64,000 nt of DNA from Octopus vulgaris (lineage: Eukaryota), in assembly GCA_951406725.2 (NCBI GenBank), contig OX597815.1, forward strand, positions 65,534,001 through 65,598,000. Direction: 5' to 3'. Numbering within the stretch: the first letter of the stretch is position 1; each line of letters opens with the position of its first letter. Made by a program: the position numbers and the translations under genes. Positions 1-13,010 of this stretch are shown piece by piece. The notes beneath the pieces are model-generated. The model made no database searches. It was not told the origin of the DNA and was given only the letters and a program-made list of their open reading frames with translations.

Positions 1-1
1 T

Positions 2-739
2 CCCACCCCAATTCTCCCTCCTCGATATTTTAACATCCAGGAGATCCTTTCCCTCGTCCGTACGAAAACAGATGAGAATCCACCATAAATCCAGGTCTGG
101 TGGGACACTTGGTACTGTAATTCGTACCGGCCTTCTTCCCATGTATGATGGGAAGAAGGCGATTTCTTCGGTGCGACGTGTAGTCACTGAGCTCTGTATC
201 GCCTGCTCCTCGGTCTTAAAAAGGACCTCTACTCCGCCATACTGCCTCGCTCTCGCAATGTGGTGGATATCCTGCCATATGTCATTCAAAGCTCTTTCCA
301 CCTGATCGCGTTTAGCGTTTTCAAGTTTCCTTGTCTTTGTGTTCACGCACCTGTAGACAACTGTCCGTTTGGCTGTTGCTTCAAGCACCTCGTTTAGAGG
401 CGTCAATTCTGCCCTCCTTCTATTCATTTTCATACATTTTGCTGCCTTGTTTAGTTTTTCTATTTTGTTGTCCAATGAGATGTTAACCAAAATCTTAGCT
501 ACCGTGATATTTGCAAAAGTCTCTTTCCCACTGCTAACTCCCTTTTTGTTAGTCTCTTCGTAGCAACAGTTGCTTTCAATGTTGTTCTTCGTGCTACTAC
601 AATTTCCATGTAGTGAGGAAGACTTTACTCCTTCCTTCTTCTCGCCTTCTTTCTTAATTTGACTCGCACTTCTCCTGCTCCTCCTCCTCCTCTTCCTTCT
701 TCTTCTTCTTCTTCTTCTTTTCTTGCTGTCTACTGCAAA
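2..739 (-). mobile_element. ORF1-like reading frame of an L1/Tx1-like non-LTR retrotransposon, running off the left window edge
   Basis: Manual translation: stop-free minus frame from 739 to the edge (...AKRTVVYRCVNTKTRKLENAKRDQVERALNDIWQDIHHIARARQYGGVEVLFKTEEQAIQSSVTTRRTEEIAFFPSYMGRRPVRITVPSVPPDLDLWWILICFRTDEGKDLLDVKISRRENWGG). Absent from the ORF track because it has no stop in the window. VEVLF and RITVPSVPP resemble RRM-type LINE ORF1 strands (recognition, not searched). CpGs retained. Confidence 0.65.
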
Positions 740-1009
740 TCATGGTGGGGAGGACGGGCAAGTCCTGGTGCAAATTGCTGCACCACCTTCCTTATTCACT
801 CCTGCTTTTCATCGCCATCTTCAATGTTTATTTTCTTCGAGGCAAATTTTCGAAGAAATTTGAAAACAAAAAGATTTGTATCACCCCCCACTAAATGGGG
901 CTTTGATTAACAAACGCCAGGCCCCCCACCCACCTCACCCCCAGAAGGGCAGCTGGCTTACAAAACGATTTAAGCAACAAATACAGTATAGAACCTTTTA
1001 AACGTCCAG

Positions 1010-1362
1010 CTATTTTTTTCCTTATTGGCCACAAGGGTCACAAAACATTTAGGACAATACAGTGGGGATTTATATAGAATTGTGTAAACAACAAAAAGAA
1101 GACAATAACAATTAAAAAAAATAAATTCTAACAAATTCCCCAGTAGGGGAAAACATCATCAAGGGGCAACCAAGGAACCCCACAGATCCTTATCAACACT
1201 CCTCATGACTAGTACCACCAAATGCCCTACTTTTCTTTGTATTCCTCAGCCTACAGTTAGAGAATGCCCACTCAGTCATCAACCTTACAACAAATTTACT
1301 AGTGGGCAGCAACTATCCCTCAACTCTTTCCTTCCTTTTGAAATGGAATTTTAAGAAGACAA
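1010..1362 (-). mobile_element. 3' end (ORF2 C-terminus and 3' UTR) of an L1/Tx1-like LINE, degenerate
   Basis: Minus strand reads VFLKFHFKRKERVEG*LLPTSKFVVR..., then a T-rich UTR ending GACCCTTGTGGCCAATAAGGAAAAAAA (polyA-signal-like motif and A tail). Confidence 0.5.
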
Positions 1363-1363
1363 T

Positions 1364-1558
1364 GGGGGAAGAGGCTAGTCGATTTCATTAACCTTTGTAT
1401 GCAACTGGTACCTATTTTATACACTCCAAAAGGAGGAAAGGCAAAGTTGACCTCCACAAAATTTGAACTCAGAACATAAAAACATGAAATGCCACTCAGT
1501 ATTTTTGTAGATCTGTTAACAATTCTGCCAGCTCACTGCCCTTTTAAAGATAATAATC

Positions 1559-1608
<50 letters not shown>

Positions 1609-1823
1609 TTGTTCGTTTATTGGCCACAAGGGCTAACAAAAATCAATTAAAACATAAAGGGGGTAAATTGATTAGATCAACCCCAGTGCTCAACTGGTAC
1701 TTATTTTATCCACCCTGAAAGGCAAAGTTGATCTCAGTGGAATTTGAATTCAGAAAATAAAGACAGACGAAATGCCACTAAGCATTTTGTCCATTGTGCT
1801 AATGATTTTGCCAGCTCACTGCC
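1364..1823 (-). mobile_element. Two copies of tRNA-derived SINE family A (Meta/MESC-like central domain) separated by (TAA)n
   Basis: Head GGCAGTGAGCTGGCA, B-box-like GAGTTCAAAT, and a core related to GCCTTTCATCCTTTCGGGGTCGATAAATTAAGTACCAG; CpG-decayed. Copies at about 1364-1541 and 1612-1823. Confidence 0.8.
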
Positions 1824-1864
1824 ATAATGATGATGATGATAATAATAATAATAATAATAATAAC

Positions 1865-1923
<59 letters not shown>

Positions 1924-2026
1924 TAATAATAATAATAATTAATAATAATAATAATGATAATAATAATAATAATGATAATAATAATAATAATAATAATAAT
2001 AATAGTAATAATAATAATAATAATAA
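1824..2026. repeat. (TAA)n/(TGA)n microsatellite
   Basis: Directly visible. Confidence 0.98.
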
Positions 2027-2531
2027 ACATTGTTTTGTCTTGGTATAAAAGATGGGCTACAGCAAATATTCTGCTCAATACCACAGATTTGCTTGTCAGT
2101 TGTTTGACCATAACCAGTTGAGCATGTCCCTTAGTGGCTGACGATATGTGCATCTCTGATCACGAGCAGAAGTAGTGGGGAGCATCATAGCCATGTGTTG
2201 AGAGGGATTCTTTGGGGTTTGAATAGTTCACCTCTGGAAACATGGGTGTTTCGTTCAACGTCCTTAAACAACCCTTATTCGGGACCTTTTGAGCGGGATG
2301 GGTTACTCGATCTGAAGAAAATTCTAACTGGGCTCCACCTGCAAGGTCATGTGCTGTTTATCTTGATATGAGATCATCATGTCGCGCACATATGGTTGTG
2401 ATGCATGTGCCTGGTGTACCCTTATCAGACGGGTAGTCATGATGGGTATACTGGGCTTCGTATATTTTACCCCAGTGTCACTTTGATGGCATGCACTGCT
2501 CGCTCACTCAATAATGATAATAATAATAATA
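2027..2531 (+). mobile_element. Non-coding retroelement 3' segment ending in (AAT)n and inserted in a (TAA)n tract
   Basis: About 480 bp of complex sequence flanked on both sides by TAA repeats, ending CTCACTCAATAATGATAAT. Family not assignable from sequence alone. Confidence 0.45.
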
Positions 2532-2532
2532 T

Positions 2533-3279
2533 TGCCTCTTTGTAGGATGTGTGGTACAAAAAACGAAACAATCTTACATATTGTGAACACTTGTAGCAAG
2601 TTGGCCCAAAAGCACTACAAAAGGAGGCGCAATAATGTGACTAAGTTTGTGCACTGGAGACTATGGGAAAAGTATGGCCTGGACAGAGCATGGAAATGGT
2701 ACAAATATGAACCAGAAGGAGTCACCAAGAACAATGAATATAAGATACTGTAGGATTTTACAATCCAATGTGATTCCCTAATCTATGCTCAGAGACCAGA
2801 CATCATTATGGTAGATAAAGGTAAAAAAGGAAACCAAGATTATAGATATTGCAATATCTGCGGATGCACGCATAGGTGACAAAGAACTAGAAAAGATGGA
2901 AAAGTACAGACTACTAAAAGATGAAATTGCAAGAATGTGGGCTATGAGGAGAGTATCTGTCATCCCAGTAGTTGTTGGGGCACTTGGAGACTAACAACCT
3001 AGTTTGAGAAACATGTCAGAGAAATTGGAATTGATATGAGAACAGAACAAGCCCCAAATAAACTGCACTGCTGGGGACAGCTAGGATTTTGAGACTAGTA
3101 CTTGGGTGTTGAATGTTTTCCACAATTATTAACAAGCAATTATCAAACATTATAATGCACAGAAAGAGACCATGTGAGACCTCTGACAACAAGTTGCTGT
3201 CCGCTCTTACAAAATCAACAAGAGCAAACAAGACCGAGCACTCTGAGAAGTAAAACAATAATAATAATAATAATAATAA
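2533..3279 (+). pseudogene. Dong/R4-clade non-LTR retrotransposon 3' fragment (CCHC knuckle and restriction-like endonuclease)
   Basis: CRMCGTKNETILHIVNTC (CCHC), ...RPDIIMVDK...IIDIAIS...EKMEKY... (PD-D/ExK RLE), VIPVVVGALG, TALLGTARILR; stops and frameshifts; flanked by (TAA)n, the known Dong target. Confidence 0.9.
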
Positions 3280-3858
3280 ACATGTATACAAAATAAAATT
3301 TAAAATTCAAAAGAGAGACAGACAAACCCATTTAAAATTTAAGAATTTCTTTATTTTCCTTTTTGAATTTTTTAATTATTTTTTGTAATTTTCCTCAAGA
3401 AAAAAATCTTTTTTTAAAAAAAAAATGTTAAAATATTTAATAATAATAATACATGAGAATCTGAAGATTTTTTTCATTTCCAAACTAATACTGGCAATTA
3501 AAATACTTTGTATTTGAATAGGTTATTTGGCAAGACACAGCCAAAGCATTTAGTTTCACAGGGTTTTTTTTCTGTAATAGTGTTGTTGTTGTTAATGTAA
3601 CTTTTGTCATTGACACACAGCACCAGAGAAAATAGCTGAACATTTTTACCAGACATTCTTCTGTTTCACTCACTGCTTCACATATGGTCTATGTGGTGTT
3701 GAAGCTGTTGTTTAATTGTGCGTAGGCATGCTCATGCGCACAAACATACATATGTATATATAAGCATGCACAAATATACACACATCAGACAAAATTTGAA
3801 ATTTCTTTATACACTTTATACACACATACACACACACACACAAATATGTATATATGTA

Positions 3859-3891
<33 letters not shown>

Positions 3892-5214
3892 GTCATCCAT
3901 CAAAGTCTAGTCTTTTTTCAATGTATATATGATTGCTTTGGTGTGTAGATATGTGTATGTGTGCTTGCATGTAGGTGCGCATGCATTTCCACAAAAATAA
4001 ATAAAAAGAAGCAGATCATATTCATCCATGTACAAGTGGTTAAGTGAATATATTCATCTCTCATATTCTGACATTTTATGCTATATATATATATATACAC
4101 ACACATATGATTTAGAAAAAGCTAATTCGTAAACTACAAAATCAACAATTCTCTAAAATTTAATGCAATTTTCTGGGAGATAATACTGAATTTATTCAGA
4201 ATTTCTTTCCAAAATTCAGTTTACTTTGACTATTATATCTTAAGAGTGCTTTTCATAATTGAAATAATCTGTATTTTGGGAGAAATATGTGTGCATGTAT
4301 GTGTGTCTCTTTCTGTGTTTCTAAGTTTGTTGGTGTATGTGTGTGTGTATGTGTTCAATGGGGACATGAATGTGTGTCACCAGTTCTTGTTTGTAGTGTA
4401 AACAATATCTTTCTAAAGGCAAAGGGAGTTGTTAAATAAAATTAAGGCTTAAGTAATGACATGAATATGTTCAATAATATTTGTGCGTTTGACAATTTTT
4501 GATATTGAAGCTGGAAATTATGAAATTAATTTCATGTGGCTATTTGCATGCGTTGGGTAATCCAGGTCTGTAAATGCTCAAATCAGTGTGCATTGGAACC
4601 AGATTATCAAACACAAATCGATGAGGAGGAGGAGAGGTGGATGATGCATCATTTATGGCCATTCATTAAAAATAATGTCAACAAAAAGTTAAAGCAAAAC
4701 ATGGTCAATTGGAGAAACATAAGTATCAGGATTTGAGAGAAAATATTTTTCAAAATTACTTTAGCATGATTCCACAACTTCTAATCAGAGACCACAGCTT
4801 TGGTTGCAATTCTTTCACATTGAAGTTTCACAAATATTTAACTGAGATAAAGTCAAATTCGAGAGAGAGAGAGAGGGAGAGAGTGAGTGAGTGAGAGAGA
4901 GAGAGAGAAAGAGAAAGAGAAAGAGAGTGAGAGAGAGAAGGGAGAGAATGAAAGAAAGAGAGGACAACATGCATCAGAAATCACTGGGTCAGAAGTCATT
5001 GTAGTTGAGATAGTAAAGAAAGAGAGAGAAAGGAGAAGGAATCTAAATTAAACAGAAATGAAATTCTAATTGATAAAATAATTTTTTCTGATGAACTTTT
5101 GATTTCAAGTTTATAAAAATGAATTCAAGTCTATTAAATTTTAAATTACAAATTGAATAATTGAATATATAAATTTGAATGGAAATCCTTCAATTGCTTT
5201 AATATTTTTATGTT

Positions 5215-5531
5215 TTATTTTTATACTTGTTTTAGTCATTTGACTGACCATGTTGGAGCACCACCTTAAACGGTTTTAGTCAAAGAAATCGACCCCAGGA
5301 CATGCCAGCACTGGTTGTCAAGTGATGGCAGAGGGGACAAACAGACACACATGCAAATACATACACACACACACGCATATATGACAGGCTTCTTTCAGTT
5401 TCTGTCTTCCAAATCCACTCTCAAGGCTTTGGTTGGCCTGAAGCTATAGTAGATGACACTTGCCCAAGGTGCCACGCATTGGAACTGAACTCAGAACCAT
5501 ATGGTTGGGAAGCTAACTTCTTACCACACAG
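5215..5531 (-). mobile_element. tRNA-derived SINE family B (CORE-like, OR-type), decayed
   Basis: Same sequence as the 19209-19626 copy in reverse: CCTTGGGCAAGTG core and TGACTAAAACAAGT tail. Confidence 0.75.
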
Positions 5532-6511
5532 TTATTACAATTTCTCATTCTCACCATACTGCAATGAATTAAAAAGAAGAGAAAACTAAGCATTTGTGAA
5601 GTCATACCATTGCTAAAAATATAAAAATAATAAAACCTCTCAACCCATAATGTTATTGATTTGTTAAGATTTATGGAAAATATTTAAACCTTCTGGGTAT
5701 TGTATGCTTGCAGTCTAGTTTCAATCTACAGTTGGAGCCCATACCATTATTTTCAGGGAAAAAAGAAAAACAGTTTCCATTTATGAACAGATTTCAGTGA
5801 AGAAGTCTTGTGAGCCATCTGTGTATGAGTATATACGATAACAATATTACCAAATAATAATAATAAAAGTCGACCACGGTGGAATTTGAACTCAGAGCAT
5901 GAAAATAGATGAAATGCTGCTAAGCATTTTGTCTGGCATGCTAACAATTCTGTCAATAATAATGATAATGATGATGATGATGATGATGATAATGATGATG
6001 ATGATGATGTCATGGTGATGAGTGGAATAGTATTACATTCTAAATGTATTACTATAATACTGTATGTAATACTATGAATGTATTTATCACTAATACAATT
6101 TAATATTTTTGTTTTATCAATATTAAAAAATGTGAAAGATCTAGTAAGTATACAAAAAAAAATTAATTTTACCCGTTTTTCTGATTATTATTTTTTAAAA
6201 AGTTTCTATGAATTTTTAAATCTATTTTCTACAGTAAAAAGATGTCTTGGGATTTTATTTTTCAATTAGAGAGGGAAAAAATTACATTATTATGCAGTAT
6301 TTGTGCCAGAGTTTAAGAAGTTCTTAAAAAAAAACTTACTGAATTTACAAAACTAACCCATGGCTGGTTTAGAACTTAAGTTAAATTTTTTTTTTAAATA
6401 AGTAAAGCCATTAATTATGGGTGATTAATTTTGGAAACAGTTATAACATGTCCCTGCCTTAACAGCTGTGAAGATTTCATTGTGACTGTAGACAAGACAC
6501 TTAGATTCACT

Positions 6512-6730
6512 TTAACAGTGTTGTATTTAAACCAGCCCTATCCAGCACAAATAGTCTACTGGTTTTATATTCAAACTGGCTAGATTCAGCCTCACGTACC
6601 TACCCTACACTGTCAAATAAACAGTCACATTATGAAAATCTTAAAACTATAAAATAATGCATGATTAATTCAAAACATTGTGAATGAATAAGCATTACAT
6701 TTGGCAGTAATTTGAATGATAAAGAGTTAA
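6512..6730. mobile_element. Probable piggyBac-type MITE, degenerate
   Basis: Bounded by TTAA at both ends (TTAACAG...GAGTTAA); resembles an abundant non-autonomous element; TIRs eroded. Confidence 0.35.
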
Positions 6731-7156
6731 AGAGCAAGAAGTCAAGACCAAATAAGTACAAGGGTGTGTATAGGATAGTTACCTGTTATAGACTATCCAC
6801 ATGGAGATGTATCATCTTGATACATAGATGAATGTATGTGTGTCTATACACACACACACATGTACATATGTATAGATAGATAGATAGATATCTGCTGTGT
6901 GAAAGTCTGCCTATCTGATTAGGAAATTTGCTTCCCAACCACATGGTTTTAATTAAGTTCAGTCCATCTGCCATGGCACCTTGGTCAAGTGTTTAGTACT
7001 GCAACCTTGAGCAGACCAATGTCTTGGAAGTGAATTTGATGACAGAAGCTGTGTGGAAGCCCATTTTATATCTATCTATCTATCTATCTATCTATCAATC
7101 TATCTATCTATATATATGTATATATATATCTATATATATGTATATATATATCTATA

Positions 7157-7227
<71 letters not shown>

Positions 7228-7237
7228 CCTTCACCAT

Positions 7238-7301
7238 TAGAGTCTGATGAGCTGTCCTTAAAGTTATGCTCTTTATGGATGTGAAACCAATGGTCATTCT
7301 A
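7238..7301 (+). ncRNA. Type I hammerhead ribozyme motif
   Basis: TAGAGT-CTGATGA-G(CTG)TCCTTAAAG/CTTTATGGA(TG)T-GAAA-CC-AAT-GG-TC-ATTCTA. Intact CUGAUGA and GAAA core, stem I TAGAGT:ATTCTA, stem II, short stem III ACC:GGT, GUC triplet with predicted cut after 7295. Confidence 0.8.
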
Positions 7302-7668
7302 TGACCAGATATATACTTAACTGCATATAAATATATATATACTGCTTGTGACTCATGTATGAGTCACTCTGCACTGTTTAACAACTACAGTTCTATAAAC
7401 CAAAATTAAATATTCTTTGAAGGGTTCCATACCAAACCAATATACTGATATGCTGAATTTATTATAATGGTGGGCCTTATTTGTAGCCCCTAAACAGTTA
7501 AGTCAGCAGTCCTTTATGTTGGAAGTCTTGCCCAAACAAACAATTGCTGCCTCTTTTACTACAACTTTACAAACATTATCACTACAATTACCATCATCAC
7601 AGTTGTTTGCACTTGATATCATGATAATAACTATAATCACTGTTGCTTTGACAACTTTTTTCACAAAC

Positions 7669-7700
<32 letters not shown>

Positions 7701-7743
7701 GCTACTGCTACTGCTGCTGCTGCTGCTGCTGCTGCTGTTGTTG
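7669..7743. repeat. Compound (CTA)n(CTG)n trinucleotide repeat
   Basis: Directly visible. Confidence 0.95.
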
Positions 7744-7983
7744 TAAGAACTCGGACAATTCTTTTAAAATTGCCAATTTGGAATTTTAATCCAATCGCAA
7801 ATGTATTGGGATATATACATTAATCATTATTTAATAAAATGTGTTTGAATTATTGATTAACTGATTTACTGAAATGATTGCTTGACTGTATCAGATATCC
7901 ATAACTTTGATTGTCAACAATTAGACATAGAATGTAATTAATAAAAATATTTAGAAATACAATACCAAAAACAATAGAAACTA

Positions 7984-8060
7984 AGGCTGCAAGGTGGCTT
8001 AGTGGTTAAGGTCATTGGCTTACTGACATATGAGGTCACTGGTTCAAATCTGGGCTTCGA
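7984..8060 (+). other. tRNA-like Pol III head (A and B box); not a functional tRNA
   Basis: TGGCTTAGTGG (A box) and GGTTCAAATC (B box) at tRNA spacing; acceptor stem does not close. Confidence 0.55.
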
Positions 8061-10311
8061 GAAATTTTTTCCCCTTTTTTTACATTATAGTTGTATTGCA
8101 CTCAGTTGTAAGACAAGGATGTCAATTTTGTTGTAGTGAAATTAGTCACAACGGAATCATTGAAGAATTTATTTTCATATAAGTTCTTGAACAGTGAGTA
8201 AAGGAATGGCCTAAGAGTGTGAGGGTCAAAGGTAGGTTTGTATCTTGTCACCGGTGTTGCATTGGGTACCTAGCAAAAGGGGGGAAAAATCACAACATCC
8301 TTGTCCCACAATAACATACTGAATTCAATCTAAACTGACCAACTAAGTTTATTCCAAAGAGTCAGAACCAGTTAATCTCCATGCCATAGGTTTGTGGTAA
8401 TAGTATTCCAAGGATGGCATTGATGGACTTGAGGAGAGAGTGGGGAAACAAAGGGACTGACTATATACCTCATGGCATTGAGCTTGATGGGCCTCCAAGA
8501 AAGGAAAAGAAATCCCCAAAAAAGAACATCAGTAATATTAGGGTCAATGACACTTGTTCTGCAAAGCCACTACACAGCCCTTTAAAATATAGGCAAAAGA
8601 GAAAAAAAATTGGTTAAGATACCACTGAATGTAGTGGAATTGTTGGAAGAAATTAGTAAGTTTGACTAGGATATATTTAGATATTTTACTGTACCAGGGC
8701 AGATTTAATACCCAATTATTTGGGTTCTTGGCGTATGGTACTGGGGTTTAGATAGTGATATAATGATGTGGGGTAAATCTCTTGACTAACAGATCTGCTC
8801 CCTTCCAGAAAGTAGGTGAGAGTTTAATAAACAAGGTATGTGTGTTTGTGGAGTCACTGTATTTAAGAACGGATCAATGGGAACAGACACAGTATGTAGG
8901 AAGGAAAAAAAATACTTTCATTTTTATATTTAAATTTTTAGAAAATATAATTTTTGGTGGGGAGTGGGAATGAAATATAAAATTGCCCTATGTTATGGTG
9001 ATGAATATTTATTTTGCCCTTATAATCAGATAAAAATCACACACCCCACCTCTATCAATATTTTGCCCCTTATATCAAAGATGCACACATCCCACCTCTA
9101 GCAACGTACGGTTGCCCTTTTTATAACAAAAAGAAAAAATACTCACACACCTCACCTTTATCATTAAACCTTCACCTGTTTATCATCTCCATCAACAAAA
9201 ACTTGATGACATTCTTAACATCAAGACACATTTATGAGATGGTGCCCTATAATTAGCTGTGGGTTAGGACTAGAGTTTAAGATGTAAGAGATCAGCAAGA
9301 TTAGCCAACACTCTGCACTGAAGAAATGTTAGCTGAAACAATCCACTGGTGACCAACACCATGGAACAGAGTGAAATAATTGTACAACTGCTGTCAGATA
9401 AACTGTCATAAAAAAAGCATTTTAGAGTCATTTCAGGAAAGGATATAAGCCACAGTATCTCACTCTCTCATTGGCATCTACAATAAATTCAAAATGTCAT
9501 GGCTATGCAAAGAACCATATAAGAGTACATACACACATAAGGCATATATGCATACACATACATATATAATATACACATGAATACATATACATACATGCAT
9601 ATATACATACATACACTTAAGGCATACACACACACACACACACACAAATAGACATAATATATGCAAGCATACATATACATACATATGCACACACATATAT
9701 TTTTAGATTTAATGTTACAGGAGAAAGGAATGAATGCCACAACACTTCACTCTCTCCTTTGCCCTACATATATATTTATATATATCTATATATCACACTG
9801 GCTCTATATATATACAAGCCAAATATGATATTTCAAGCTTCATGTACAAGCAAGTTGCTGAAAGGTACCTTAAGACTATTTCAAAAGCATTACAGTTCCT
9901 CACTTGCCCTCTTTTCTCCCTCCCCATCTTCCTTTATGCATAAATATAACACACTATGAATATTGCGGAGGTGTTTATACTATTTAAAACCAGTTGGTTG
10001 CTATTTAAAGCAACCCACTTGTATTCCTGTTTCTTTTTCATTTTCTTATAGTTTCTCTCTCTGGCAGTTTTTGAATGGTTTTTAGAGTGCCATCCCATTA
10101 CAAACATGCACCCACACACACACACACACACACATATACATTTACAAACACACACACTCGTATATATATGTGTGCACATATATATAAGACATGTATGTGT
10201 AAGTAGATATATATATATATATATCACACACACATACACAAGTATTTGTTTTGTCAGTTCAAGGGCAGACTGCAATTTATGGGCACAACAGAATATATTC
10301 TCATCAATTAG

Positions 10312-10409
<98 letters not shown>

Positions 10410-10492
10410 TTCTATTCTTTTACTTGTTGCAGACGCAGACACAGACACAGACACACAAATATATACATATACATACATACATATATATATAC

Positions 10493-10529
<37 letters not shown>

Positions 10530-10559
10530 GTCCGTTTTCCAAACGGACGCTAAATGATG

Positions 10560-10615
<56 letters not shown>

Positions 10616-11337
10616 CACAACAAGCTTCTTTCAGTTTCCGTCTACCAAATCCACTCACAAACCTTTGGTTGACTGAGGATATAGCAGAAGACACTTACGC
10701 AAGATGCCGCACAGTGGGACTGAACCTGGAACCTTGTAGTTGGAAGCAAGCTTCTTACCACACAGCCATCCCTTATATATATAATATGTAATATATATAT
10801 TATATATAATATAATACACACACACACACATATATATACACAGGCAAACAAAATATGGCTATTAAAACAGGGTCAATGAAAGCCCCACGTTACAGGTAGA
10901 CATGTATATATATATTTATATACACATAGTTATACTCATATTCATGCATATAATAAATGAAAAAAAAATGATAACAAAGTAAGTAAAAAGTGTTGCAGAT
11001 TTAGGAGCAATAGGAAAGAATGGCAGTTAGCTGTGTTCTCTCACTGAATAAGATATACTTCTCTCTTGCAGGAAATAGCTACTAGAAGGTCTGATATCCA
11101 TTTTATATAAACATCAGCATTAAGTGGTTTTGAATTCCTAACCTAGAAATAAAATGTGTATATATATACTTGTTGAGAATTTGAACTCACAAGCAATGAG
11201 TTGACAATCTAGTATTGTTTCCATTTGACCATGTTGTTTCCTCTCTCTTTCATTCTTCTTGCACTCTACACACACACATACATTTATATATATACATATA
11301 TACATACATACATACATACACACATATATATATATAT

Positions 11338-11393
<56 letters not shown>

Positions 11394-11478
11394 GCTATAG
11401 TTTTACACAAAGTGGTATTTGACATTAAGGCTTAAATGCTGTCTGTATTTCAAAACAATTAGTACACACATATATGTG

Positions 11479-11512
<34 letters not shown>

Positions 11513-12273
11513 CGTGCGCGCGTGTGTGTATTAATGTTAAAATGATAATGGTGATGATGTATTTGTTGTGGAATTTATGTGAGTCAAGTGAAAATACAAA
11601 CACTTGGAGAGTATTTGAGTGCATGTCTGTGTGTAAGTGTACGTGTTGCATTTACCACAGAACACTGTGATGCACACTAATCATTGCATAAAGAAGCAGA
11701 ACTTGGATTAAATGGTAGATGTGTATTAGTATGTATAGATAGATAGACAGAGATAAACGTAAAGATACATAGAGATATATATTTGTATATAGGCATATGT
11801 ATATGCATGTGTATGTGTATATATACATGTATATAATGTCTGCTTTCCATACTAGTATGGGTTAGACAGCTTGTTCCAGTCTGAACCAGTTTCACTAAGA
11901 AATGACTTGGACGGCGATGACCACTCTAACTCATGCTGGCATGGAAAGCAGACATAAAAGGATGATGGATGATGATGATATATACATATATGTTTGTGTG
12001 TGTATGTGTGTGTGTGTGTGTATGTGTGTGTGTATGTGTGTGAATGTATATATGTGTGTGTGTACACACACTCTCAGATTTAAATGTTGCTGTTGGTTAG
12101 AGCCAGTCAAAAAGTTACCATTGGCTTCACATGCTCTTAGCAGCTATAAGCAACGAAACCAGCTATAAGCAACGAACACATTAAATATTACTGGTCAAAA
12201 AATTTTTTTAAAGTGTACTGTATTGCAGTCTCCTGAACATCTGACCAATCACACACACACACGTGTGTGTGTG

Positions 12274-12324
<51 letters not shown>

Positions 12325-12336
12325 TATGTATGTGTG

Positions 12337-12429
<93 letters not shown>

Positions 12430-13010
12430 ATGCATATGCACGTGCATCCATGTATATATATTCACATGTATACATATATATGTTTGCAAAGACACACAAA
12501 GATTGCAATTACTCAACTGAAAAAAAATATTTAACTATATTTGTTTGTTTTACAGAAACAAATTTGAGGTTAAGCTCATGTAATTTCTGTTGTTGTTGTT
12601 GTTACCATATTGAGTGACACAGAATTCAGGTCCAATTCCAAATAATGTGGACTTTAGGATTATGTTTGGCGCTAGTGGAACATTGAACTTCCTCTTTGTT
12701 GTACATGGATGTTTATGTAATCTGCGGCTGTCATAAATATTAAAACCAAGACAACAACTTTTATTACACACACACACACACTCACACACACACACACTCA
12801 CACAGAGTCACATTTTAGCAGGCATCTTCAAAAAAATATATGTTTTATTTTTTTTTATACATTCACAGGTATCAATAATATAGTTCACACATACATTTTT
12901 CATAAATACATACATACATACATACATATTCCAACATATTTACACGTTATTCACATTTTGACATTCATGTATTCACACATATTGAAACTCAAAATTCAAT
13001 TGACATTGTA

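Noticed and set aside
7984-8060. Functional tRNA gene
   Set aside because: The cloverleaf does not close; kept only as a tRNA-like head.
9317-9345. CTGAAGA...GAAAC
   Set aside because: No stem II or stem I pairing.
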